A DNA stretch of 64,000 nt from Trichinella spiralis (Eukaryota), in assembly GCF_000181795.1 (NCBI RefSeq), contig NW_003526944.1:3003584-3067583 (forward strand). The letters run 5' to 3'. The stretch's first letter is position 1; each line of letters begins with the position of its first letter. Shown piece by piece: positions 35,315 to 47,900 of the stretch. A program made the translations under genes and the position numbers. The notes beneath the pieces were generated by a model that did not search any database, was not told the origin of the DNA, and saw only the letters and a program-made list of their open reading frames with translations.

Positions 35315-38075
35315 TAAAAGCATACCAACGTGGAATAATCGTTCTCATTCATTGAATTTTCAATTCAATTCCACACAAATTATCTGTTTCACTTGCTCTG
35401 ACGATCAACTCTGTCAATTTCCGTTTTTTATTTTATTATTTTGCACTGAAAATCAACGATTTTTTCTGTAAAAAAATCTATAAATACTTATTTGCTTTCC
35501 GTTCAATTTATGTTTATTCGCTATACTTCTTGTTCCCACAACGGTAATAATAATATTCATATTGAATTTCATTTTCAAAAATATATCTTTTTATTCAGCT
35601 TTTCTGAAAAGCACTATAAAAGCGACTACTTCAGTATACTGTGCACATGCATCAGTGGAATTAAAAAGCTTTAACTTTCAACAACGGCATTGGAAGTTGA
35701 GAAAAATAACAAGCGATATTTTTTGAAAAAAATCTCCAAAATTAATTTTAGATCACATGTTGTCTGCTTTAATCGGATTGCTGATAAATGATATCGCTGT
35801 TAAAAGTTATTTTATTTTACTCATCATTATCTTTATACTGTAGAATTTTGTAACTCATGTTAATTTCATTTTTTTTGTTTTACATTAATCAAAAAGCACA
35901 AAAATTAAGTTAAATATTTTAATATTAAAATACATTTCAAAAATATTTAATGAATTTCTTGCAATAAACAAAATTCAATCAAATGAGTTCTGTAGTTCTG
36001 TAAAACTTTTATTGATAAATTTTTCATTGAAATTGAATTAGAATAGAAAATTCTTTTCAAAAACCTTATTATTAAGAATTTTGATCTTGCGTAGAACAAC
36101 ATTCTGTCACTGATGCAGCGTTTGCAAAGCTTTCATTTTAGAAATCAAATTCCAACGCTACGCACAACACATTCTGTACTTTTATACACTTGTCTTTTGC
36201 ATGCCGCTGTATTCAGCTACTAGTGTTATGCTGTTTCTTAAAGTAGAAAAATAAAATTATGACCTCTTCATTTTCTCCACTAATGTAAAATTTGCCTTTT
36301 ATTAATTGCTTTTGCTAATTATTGGTAAAAGGATTTTATCAAATTACATCTTTCACAACTGAATATACTTTAAGATATATTTCATTCTGAAAGTCACTAT
36401 TAATCAGCTAAATTAAAAACCAGTGCAATTCAATTATTTCACTTTATTTGTTTTAAATGCATTTATCAAACAAATGTGTAACCATTTGTAATAATGTAAT
36501 ATCAAACAAGTATGTAACAAAAAGATAAAAAACAAAATCGGAGTCTTCTCCATTTTAAACCAGCATCTATGGTCATGCTTTGCACGGTGACGTCGAGTTA
36601 ATTCGCCACAACGAATAACTATCTCGTTCCATCATTAATATTTCCATGGCCATCTCGGATTATCTTAAAAGAAGCTCCACGGGAAGCTGCAGTCCCGGGC
36701 TGAGTTGAAGAGATCATTATTGGATCTCAAGGACTCAACAATCGTTCGTTCCTACATTGTGGAAATTTCTATGAACTCGTCTGGAATGTCATTTTGCACC
36801 ACTGCTTCTAGAAATTGTGGGATGAGTTCGGTGAGATAAACTGGAGCGGTGTAGTGCCGTAAACTGGAGTGCCGTAAACGCAATGTGCATGAAATATCTT
36901 TCTTTCCAAATCAGGCGCGATATATTCTTCCAATTCAATTAGACTCTGGCTTCTTCCACTGTATGTAACTGCCTCTGACATTCGACGTTCATATTCCGTT
37001 CAAATATTCGGCTGGCCTTTATTTCTGCCCGCCTTCTGATACGACTTGCGTTGGGTAGCATGTAATATCTTACTAATCTTTCTATGGCGTAAACCACTGC
37101 AGCAGATGTAACTCTTCTATTATCCTGCCTTCGGCCTCTTCGATGATACAACGCCGTTTCATGACGGAAGTACTTGTGAAGACTCTTTACTCGCAACGTC
37201 AATGAAACAATTATATAAGGCTTCTGCCATGTATACTCAATGGACCTACGGCATATCTGACAGTAAATAAAATAGCCGACGGCTATAAATAGAAAACTGT
37301 ACTGAATGTGAGCAGACGAAGCCTACGACCACTACCACTAATCGTACACGTCACTTTATAAGTTACCGTATCTGATCTTCAGCTTTAATTTTGTTGCACA
37401 TAAAAGGTATGCTTCTGCAGATTGAGTTCCATAATAAAAAATTAAAATTTAGCTAATATTCTATATAAATAAAAACAGAATAATAAAACTGTCAAATTTT
37501 GTATGATTTATGATCTTACTGAAAAATTAATTGATATACTGTAATGTAATCAAAACGTTATATAACCTTACTGTACGTAAAATTATAAATTTGAGAGAAT
37601 TAAATTTAAAATATGATTACACATATAAAGGTATATATTACAGTCTAATTTGCATGCACTGAATATAGTATAAAACTTAAATTTAATATTCAAAAATAGC
37701 ATATTTTTTATTAAAACCTGAATATATATAAACTGTATACACGTTATACAGTAAGAAGTGACAAAATAATTCTACATTTATCCATAATTTTACTTTTTCA
37801 ATAATATTTGGTAATCAAGACTGCAGAAAAGTGAATTTTTTGTAATAAATAAATATCTTTATAGGTGTGCTTAAGGGGAAAATTTTGTAATTTGCAGTCT
37901 TATGTGAATGTTATTATTAAAGTTAAGTAAATTAAAGGAATTTTAATTAAATAGAAAAGCTTAACCATTTTAGAGAGTATAAATGGAATGTGCTCCCGGC
38001 GAATTGCTTTAAAATCTTTCAAAGTATTTCTAATCTGTATTTTGTCTTTTTTTAGATACATTGTTGAAGTCAGTC

Positions 38076-38597
38076 ATGCCTATTAGTGCAAAAGATGTAG
38101 ATCAGTCTGAACTGGTGAACCATCTGGCAACGTTTTTAAAGAAAAGTGGAAAAATCAAATTGCCAGATTGGGTTGATTTGGTAAAGCTCGGATCTTTCAA
38201 AGAGCTTGCTCCTGTTGATCCTGACTGGTTTTATACCAGAGCAGCATCCATTGCCCGACATTTGTACATTCGCTCCCCAACTGGTGATTTGAAGGACATT
38301 CTAATCAAAATATTTCATTATAATTATGATTAGCTTGCAGGTGTGGGTGCATTTAGAAAAGTGTATGGTGGTCGTAAGCGCAACGGTTCAGCGCCGGCGC
38401 ATTTTTGTTTAGCTTCTTCGAATGTTATTCGAAAATGCTTGCAAGCGTTAGAAGAAATCAAATGGATCGAAAAGGCGCCAAATGGAAAAGGGCGAATATT
38501 GACCAGCACGGGTCGTCGTGATTTGGATCGTATCGCCTCCCAAATTTATGCGAAAACTCATCCAAGACGAAAAGCAGCTTCAGAGACTCGCCATTGA
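38076..38597 (+). CDS. rps-19: 40S ribosomal protein S19 (eS19), 2 exons
   Basis: Exons 38076-38283 and 38341-38597 give [10 protein letters not shown]...[58 protein letters not shown]...[22 protein letters not shown] at ~38620. Confidence 0.97.
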
Positions 38598-38756
38598 GAA
38601 GTTCTTTTGATTAATGAAAAATAAAAGCTGAAATTTTAGCTTGTGCTTTGTTTTGATGATTTCAAGTGTTTATTTTCTTATTGACTTTATTTATCTATTT
38701 AATTACCTTATAAAAATATATGCACGAATACCGAAAGTTGTTTAAGTTATTTTGCA

Positions 38757-39958
38757 ATGTCTTCGGCGATCTTCCGCAGTCTGGTTTACATCCGTCGACA
38801 ATTCTGTGATTATGGTGTGAAGCCACTGGTTCGGGAAGAGCATTACTTAAATAATCAAGTGAAACGTTTGGTTTTACAAAATCCTGCCAAGCGGTGAAAA
38901 TGAATTTTTTCCATATTACACTTGACAGTTGTTTAATAAATCTTTTTGCTTGTTTAGCAACTCTTTGTCACTGGCAATGCTGACTTCACTGAAGGAACGC
39001 TTGGAAGCGAGCGCATTGGAAGAAGAACTACGCGCAGTGATAATTGCCGCTGACCCACCAGTTTTCTCCGCTGGCCATGAATTTACAGAATTAGTAGGTT
39101 TTTAGTTTATTTATTTATTTATTTTTAATTATAAAATTATAGACAGCCAATAATAAAGATGAATCCAGAGCAGCATTGATTCAGCTTTGCACTAATGTGA
39201 TGAAAGTTATTCAATCACTTTCCGTACCAGTGATAGGCGAAGTACGTGGGATAGCCGCAGCTGCTGGCTGTCAGCTGGCTACTTCTTGTGATGTTTTAAT
39301 TGCAGCAGAAAATGCGAAATTTTCATGTTCAGGGTTGTGGAAAAATATTTTTATTGTTTATATTATTTTTAAATATTTATATCTTCTAGTATCAAAGTGG
39401 GTTTGTTTTGCTCAACTCCTTCTGTTCCATTATCACGCGTTCTTCCACGAAAATTTGCTTTTAATATGCTTTTTACTGGAGATGCTGTAACAGCGCGAGG
39501 TAATGGAATTTTTAAAGCATTAATTTTTAATTTATATTATTTACCTATTGGTAACCCTTTTAGAAGCTCTACAGTATGGACTGGTTACAATGTTGGTAGC
39601 AGAAGAAAATTTAAAGGAAGAAGTATTTGTTGAAGCTGGAATTTTTTTCTTGTCTAGTTTGTTTCATGTAATGTATTATATTTAATTAGACATTGAAATA
39701 TGCCGAAAAGTTTTGCTCTTTGAGCAAACCAGCGCTTGCTCTTGGGAAACGATTCTTTTATTCACAAATTGAACTTCCTCTTGACAAGGCATACAGGTAA
39801 TTGTACAGCACGGGTGTAATTATGTAATTCCTCTAAAGTTCTTCTTCTAAAGAGAGGCGGAATTGGTGGCTGCCGAAAATTTGCGATATCCTGATGCACA
39901 AGAAGGAATAAGAGCATTTTTGGAGAAAAGGAAGCCTGTTTGGAAAAGTTCCGATTAA
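38757..39958 (+). CDS. ECHDC3: Enoyl-CoA hydratase domain-containing protein 3 (mitochondrial crotonase family), 7 exons
   Basis: Spliced translation: NPAKRNSLSLAML, VFSAGHEFTEL, VRGIAAAAGCQLATSCD, GLFCSTPSVPLSR, MLFTGDAVTAREALQYGLV, LGKRFFYSQIE, DAQEGIRAFLEKRKPVW. The Arg/Ser-rich N-terminus fits a mitochondrial presequence. Confidence 0.9.
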
Positions 39959-40711
39959 AAGACTTAGAAATTTTGTTGATTATGGATATGTTTGTAGGTT
40001 TTTGAGTAGATTTGTCAACTCTGAATAGTAAAATACATAATTTTAAAATTTTCAACAATATTAGAGATGTTTCAAGTTAATAGCTACGCTTACTCAGTTG
40101 CTTTATTTGGCTGAAGTAAAATTTATCTTTTGCATTTAGCGAAATTTGTTTTGTCATTTCTCTTAATGAAATCAGTTTGTTTAATTAATCAATATCTGAA
40201 TTTAATGAAAGTATGATATTTGAAAGCAGTACAGTTAGGAATTGGAAAATAGTTTGATCAAATGATAGATTTTGTATTTAAAAAGTTATTTTTTTAGCGT
40301 CGATGCTTACAATTTTTGAGCTTTTGTACGTTTTTGAAACTAATATATATTTAAAATATTTGGCAATATGTTTATTTTTTATATTTGCTGCATCATTTAC
40401 TTCCAGTTTCACAATAATGCTGGATAAGACTTGCAAATGTCAACAGTGTTGCTAATAAATTATAATTTACTCATTTGTTTACTTTTATGCTTGAAAAAGG
40501 GGTATGCAGTCAATTTATTGAAATGTAAATTTATTATTCTTCTAAAACATTTTAAATATCGCATTTATTGTACATGAAATTGAACTATCTTGAATTATCT
40601 GGTATACTGTAGCTGCAATTTTTGAGCCGTACTTGGGCTTCTAGTATAAATGATGTGATGATTCAATTAATGAATGTGGCAAAAGTACATGATAGCGTAG
40701 AATTCTGGTGA

Positions 40712-43560
40712 ATGAAAACGAAAAGGCGCTATGTTGCACTTTTTGGAATATTTGTAATTTCATATTCATCTAGACTTTTATTAAATATATTCAAACATCC
40801 GAAAACATCACCGTTGTCTGATCGAAATTTCTCTGAAAATGCTCAAAGTCATGCTGAAAATGTAAGCTTAAATAGTGAAATTTGGCATTCAATTTATGAA
40901 AATTACTCCTCATTTATTGGAGATGATCGCTCGGAGGGCGGGGGAATTTCTCGACAATGCACTATGAGCAGTTGCTTTAATTACAGTCGGTGCATAGATC
41001 GACCTTTCAAAGTGTACATTTATCCAGATATTTCCAATTTTGATGAAGAATCCAAAACATCAGCAAGTTACAGAAAAATTCTTCAAATTTTACGACAATC
41101 GAAATATTTTACCGATGATCCTGATCAAGCTTGCTTGTTTGTATTATCTTATGATACACTTTCTCGTGACTCATTGAGCGCTGAATATGTGGAAAATATG
41201 AATGCAAAAATAAAAAGTTTACCAACAAATTTATGGAACAATGGTAAGGTTGTTCTTATTGCTTTTTTCGAATAAAAGAAATTGGCTTAAGGTTTCAGGT
41301 ATGAATCATTTGATCTTCAATTTGTATTCCGGTACGTGGCCTGATTACGACCTGACCGAGCTTGGTTTCGAACCTGGCCAGGCTATATTAGCTAAAGCCA
41401 GCTTTTCCACGCGTCATTATCGGTCCCATTTTGATATTTCTTTGGCACTTTTTCATGATATTCTACCTCTGCGTGGACTCAATGCAACGGATGTTGAAAA
41501 CGTCGATTTGAATTGGCCAAGATCAAACTGGAGCTATACGCTTGTTTTCAAAGGTAAACGTTACGTTTTTGGAATTGGTTCTGAAACACGAAATGCTCTT
41601 TATCATTTGCACAATGCAAAAGATATTATAATGCTGACAACTTGTAAGCATGGCAAAGACTGGATGAAAAATCAAGACGAACGTTGCAGCATTGACAACG
41701 ATTTATATGACAAGTATGGTTGATTCACTTTTTTGTATTATTCTTGTTCGGCGTGAAATTTGCGCAAATTTTTTATTATCATTAACATATTTTCTTATCT
41801 TTTTTCTATTGGTTAATATTTACAATAATTAAATAGCAAGTCTTTGTTTAAAAAAATTTACAATGCATTATTTGTGGCATGTATGATGATTTTTTGCTGA
41901 TGATGTTTCAAATGGGTCGATCAGTTAGACAAATTTGGCTGTTCAGTTGAACCGTCTAGAAATGGTATATTGTTGTTTAGTTGGAATTATGAAGAATTAA
42001 TGGCAAATTCAAAATTTTGCCTCGTGCCTCGTGGTCGACGTCTTGGTTCATTTCGTTTTCTGGAAGCACTTGAAAAAGGTTGCATTCCAGTGATATTATC
42101 CAACGATTGGGTGTTGCCGTTTTCCGAAGTAATTGACTGGGATCAGGCAGTTGTTCGAGGTGATGAGCGAACTTTGTTTCAGGTAAATTGTTCTGTGATT
42201 CATTTTGAAAATGATCAAACGTATTGTTCTTCTAGCTACCTTCTTTGTTAAGAGCCTATCCCGAATCTGTGATTTTACGCATGCGTCAACAAGCACGTCA
42301 CTTGTATCGACTTTATTTTGCTTCGGTGGAAAAAATTGTTTACACAACACTACAGGTGGAAGGTTTAATGTTGTTTATCAAATTAATTCCATTTCGATTA
42401 TATGCTAATTTTTGTTCGAATCGAATTAAGATTGTCGAAGAAAGAGTGCAACCGTGGGCAGCTTGTGATCATTCAATATGGAACTGGGCCCCTATGGGTG
42501 CTAGATATTACTCGACAAATTTTTCACTCTTACCAATGGATTTTTTAAATAAAAATCATTCCATTTTCAACGATACTTTTATCGCAATAATACATTGCAG
42601 TGAACATTTTGAAAGGGAACACATTATGCAGCTCGTTCAGAACATATCTTCATCGAGCAGAATGGAAAAAGTACTATTTATTACTGAAGAAGCAAATACG
42701 TTTGATTTGATATGTAATTTTTTACTTCAGGTGGTCATATTTTGCAGTTCTGATAATTTGCATTCTGAACATGCCGAAGTGAAGCCTTTGTTGAATGTGG
42801 TTTGTTGTCATTTCTATGCAAGCATAATTTCTTTTTCTTTCACGTTACATTATAATTTTATATATTTTGAATAGAGCGAAATGTTCAAATTCATTAATCA
42901 ACAGTCATCTCGAGCAGTTTTTTGCTTCAGTGATAAAGTTTACGTGAACACAGATGAGGTTGAACAATTTGCAGTGAATTGGAATTGTTGTTATCGATGT
43001 AGTTGTCATATTTTTTCATTTTTACAGGTCGATTATGCAATGACGTTGTGGGATGAATTTCCTCATCGATTAGTTGGCTTTAGTGCTTTGAATTCACAAT
43101 ACGATCCGTTGGAGAATCAGTGGCGTCTTGTTGAACCGAACGTGAAAGGTTATCATTCGTTGATGACATCGGACGCTGTTCTTTTTCACAAGTATTTATT
43201 ATATGTAAATTTGAAAAAGTTGACATTTTGAATTGATAATTTCTCCAATATTTGTACAGATATTATTCACTGGTTATTCTTGAACCCCCTCTGCGAGAAG
43301 CATCTGTTCAATTGAATGAACATCCAATTTGTTGGGATATTTTATTGAATTTTTTTGTTTCTGACATGATCGATTTGCCTCCACTTTTGGTCGATAGTCA
43401 GTCGAGCTTACTGTGGTTTTCGTCAGTGAAAACGATGCTTTCAAGTTTAAAACAGCGTCAGCAGTGTTTGAATCGATTGATAATCAGCGCCGGTTATTCA
43501 CCATTTATAGAAAGTTCATTACGTTTTCAGCTGAATAGCTCAACAATTGTTCAAGCTTGA
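40712..43560 (+). CDS. rib-1: Exostosin-1/RIB-1-like heparan sulfate polymerase subunit (GT47 domain plus degenerate GT64 domain), multi-exon
   Basis: Type II signal anchor, then [82 protein letters not shown] and [19 protein letters not shown], all EXT1-type motifs. C-terminal exons align by eye to the EXT GT64 domain. Confidence 0.9.
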
Positions 43561-44948
43561 ATTTTTTCAAACCAAATACTTTTCTCTGCTATTTTATAAA
43601 CATTTCATTTGTTTGTTTAATGCATTTGTTCTGTTTGAAAAGAAAAATAAATATTGCCACTGTAGAACTTCCTACTGTCAATTTTTACCGTATCAGTACA
43701 ACGCTACACAACGCGTTGATTTGTCATTTTTGTTCACTTGTTAATATGAGCATTTAATTTATAATTTGAACATGTAAAATAATCATATATAAAAAAATAA
43801 ATTTTCCACTGAATACAGTTGCTTGAATTTTGAAAAATGAATTTCATAATTCTTATGTTATTGAGTTTTTCTTTTCAACACTCAATAATAATAAACATTC
43901 CCTGTGCAATTGCTTGCCATTTCGTTATCACGTTCCAAAACAGACAATAAACAAGTAGGCGTCAGACGAAACGACACTACTTGAACGAAATTCAAATAAA
44001 AGCAGACTCGCCATTCACGTGACCTCAAAATATACATCGTAACACAATGAATGTGGAAAAAACATGTACGGCTACTGTATTACAAAAATTGCAGCACAAG
44101 AATTACTTCTGCTGTTTGAATAGCAAAAAAAATATTTTAAATCACATCCATCCTCTTGTGGGTTTTCTTTTTGAATTTTGTACTGTTCATGATGAAAATT
44201 GGCACTATAATTTGACATTCAGAATGTGAAAGTGAAATAAATAATGATAAATTAATTTACATTTATTAAACAGTTTAATGATCAGAAAAAAGTATAAAAT
44301 ATAAAATAAATCCCTATTAATTGAACTTAACATTTTCAATTTTACCGTTGGCAAACATGACTCAATAGCAAACCATAAGAAGATGTGAAAAAAATGGCAA
44401 ATAATTTTCATTGTTTGCTATTTTATTACAATGATTTTATTTATAAAAATTATATTTAAAGATTAAAATAAGCAAAATATTATTTTTTCTAATAATAAAT
44501 TTATTTGCATTTCGATGAAGAACTTGTAAGTCTATATTGTGATACTGTATGTAATGGTGTTTCATGATTTCAAATGTTTTATGAAATAAACAACATTTCT
44601 ACTGTTCATCATTTGATCGAAACATTTATTTGCCTAAAATATGCATTGCCTGCGTTGTTAACTGGCATAGAGCTGATCAAATTTTCCGACACGCACAAAT
44701 TCTTACTAAGACATTCAGTTTCTGTTTTAGTCAAATTCGAAAGGAAATTAATTTTGGAAAGTTAATTCTGGCGTGGCTACTCTTCAAAAAGTATTTGTTG
44801 ACAATTCATACACATCGAACATGGTTTATTGTTTTTTTTCTTTTCTTCTAGACGGCCAACTTTACTACATAGTACAGTAGGGGACAGAAGTTGCTGCTTT
44901 GAAAATGCCTTTGCCGTCGGCAAAGGCATAAATCAGGAAGGTCATTTT

Positions 44949-47900
44949 ATGGATGTATCTTGTATTGAATACTGCAAAAGCAGAAGCGGCGAAAAGTGGA
45001 TCCAGTTGAAATCCGGCACATCTTTCATGAGCCAGAATTCATCATTAGATAATAATAATAGCCAAAGGCGTTCTTCGAGCTGTATATCGCAGCATGAACT
45101 TTTGAATCCTACACGCAGGTAAAAGCAGATTATTATTTATTTTCTGTGAGGGTGGATTTAAAATATATTTTAAAAGTAATTTTTTTCAAAAAGTTTCTAA
45201 AACTGTCCTTTGTAAATATATAAATATCATGAGATATATGTATGTGTCTGTATGAGAGAGTGAGAGAGCATTTTTCACAAAATATTTTTAAAAAGAGTTC
45301 TGCACAGTGTTTGCTCAACGTGACAATTATGTATTTCTAAGCACGTATGTGTCATATTTTCCATTAACTTATAAAAGACAGCTGTAATTGGAAGACTGAA
45401 GTGATTTTGTTTTTCAGTTAGCAATATAAAATAAATAATTTCGATCAAAAATACTTTTGACATGAAGGCGTTTGACACAGTCGACACGTTGAAACTTTCA
45501 ACGTCTTACTGTTGCAGTTACAGTGTGCTTGTGTTGAGTTTCAGGAGGTGGTAACGTTTATTTGAGTGACTTATTTCGCTAATTTTTATATTTAAATAAA
45601 AAAAAGTTGAGAAATATTTTCAAAGTTTCTTTTTAAATTATTTATTATGGATAAAAAGCGTTTTTTGGTGAGAGTTTAACTTTTTAATATATATATTTTT
45701 TGAATACATGATTGTACTTTAGTAAAATAAAAAATATTTGGTAATGTTAATTGTTAAGAAGTGTTAATGACGGAATAAAATTTGACATTAATCTTAGTAC
45801 TTTGTTAATTAGATTTTTCGGTGCTTCTGGTACTATCGTAGAGCAGATGCAGAAAATTTAATCATTACCTTCTCTTTTATTTATTATTTTGGTTTGTATT
45901 GTATTGGACAGCAATAAAAAAATCGTTTCAGTAATGTTTGTTTCGAAAAGAACATCATCATCATGTAGTAAGATAGATGTTTTTTAGTTACAGTAGGAAA
46001 TATTTGTATACGTATATAATCAAACAATTTTTTCTTCATCATCACTGTTTGATTAGCAAATAGAGTTGTACTTTTTTTGTATTGTAGTGTTTTTTTAAAT
46101 TATTATTTTAGTTCTGTTATTGCAGTATTGTTGATATTAATTGGAACAGAGAAAATAAGGCGTGTATTTTATGAGAATTGCTGATTTCCATAACGCAAAG
46201 GAGATTCTTATTCATATTGAATAGCATAATTCATTTTGAAATTGAATTTTAATTTTCTGAAATGCATAAGTGAAACTGATCAACAATATATTTTAAAATT
46301 TGTTGTTAATTGAAAAAAATTTTGTTTTTCAGAAAAAGTGTAGGGAGTGAATTGTCAATCTCAGATACTCCATGTCGTTCAAATTTGGAAAGGAAGCGAC
46401 ATTATCATGATGATGAAGAAGATGATTCATCCTCTGATAGGAGGCGGTTTCGACGTAGAAGGCAGGATAGTTATTCAAGTAGATCGAAAAGCAGCGACAA
46501 CCGTAGAACGCGTCGTCGTTCAGAGTGCAGGCGAAAATTCAGCCATCGAAATGGTTACCACCACCATCGATCTAGGAAGCATCGCAGAAGCAGAAGTAGA
46601 AGTAGAAGAAGGTATCGCAAGAGCTATTCGAATCGCAAAAGAGACCGATATTCACGCCGGGCACGTCGCAGAAGTTATAGCAGCTACACATCCAGCAGCA
46701 GCTATGAGGTTAGTTTTAAGCCCACTGTAAACATGTACGTTGTTTTGAGATTTTACACTGGAGAGTAAGTATGACACTTCATTATTCAACATCCATAGAC
46801 GGTGCACTGCATGTTCTGTTGTTCTTGTTCTCTTTATTTTTTTAAATTATTTTTAATCTTTATTCAGATGCAAAAATTTGTTGATTTAGAGTACTTTATT
46901 TTACTTTTCTTTTATTCTGTTTTACTGTACTTTTTAAGTTTTTTTAAAATTACATTTAATATTTTCTTTCAAAATACTCTCGTAAAAATGTGGTTTAAAT
47001 GTATAATTATATTGATTCAGTATCCAAATAATAATGTTGTGACAAATATTTTGTCAAGTTTTTTTTGTTGGGTTAAGTGTTATTTGCTGAAAAATTGTGT
47101 ATTCAAGTAGATATTTTGAGTTTGAAATTTTGCAAATGAGTTGTTTCTATCTGAATTAGGAATCATAATTTTCAACGAAAGTTAGGTTATACAAAAATTA
47201 ATTAGATACAAATGAATGCATTTCCATTAGATAGTATAGTGATTTTCAAGTACTGATGATCAGGTACGAATATGAATACGAATCTGCAAGTGTTTTATTA
47301 GAAATGTTAAAATTGTTTATATTTATGATTACGTTTATGATTTTGTTGAATGAGAAGATTAACGGTCAGTTTGTTTGTATTAGTAGAGTTTTAAAATGAA
47401 AATTATTTATGATGTGATGTTAGCTTGTAAGCTTCATAGTTGCGATGATGCATGCCATGACGTAAGGAGCACTGCGGGAGTTGTTTTTTTTTTTTAATTT
47501 TCTGGCGATGGTAGACGATTTGATGATGAGCATAAGTTTAGTTGTGAAGAAAAAGAAGAAGAGTTTCATATTGTCAAGTTTGTCGTCACTTGGATGGTTT
47601 GTTTGTGTGCTGTTGACAATTTTTTCTGAATATTTTTCAGTTTTCCGGAAGTGTTAGAGCATGTGTTCATTGAACGTCGTGGGTGCTTGTCGATTTTTGC
47701 AGTGGTTTGAGTAGAAAATTTGAGGTTGTTTTCTTGGTTAAGCAGTGAGGAGGAGAAATGCAAGTATGAGAGGGGGGGAGAGAGAGAGAGACGACAGACA
47801 CAGAGAATGCGTATGAGGAGAGAATGAGTTGTTGCAAAAGCAACAACACTTCGTCGGCATTTGGTTGCCGGGCACGTTCGGCTTCCCTGGCCGCAAGCGT

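Noticed and set aside
41883..41925. Possible intronic box C/D snoRNA: TGATGA boxes followed by TGTTTCAAATGGGTCG, which resembles the antisense of the LSU rRNA segment CGACCCGTCTTGAAACA
   Set aside because: The match needs an indel, no CTGA box D/D' follows the putative guide, and there is no terminal stem. It is compatible with chance; snoscan or Infernal would decide.
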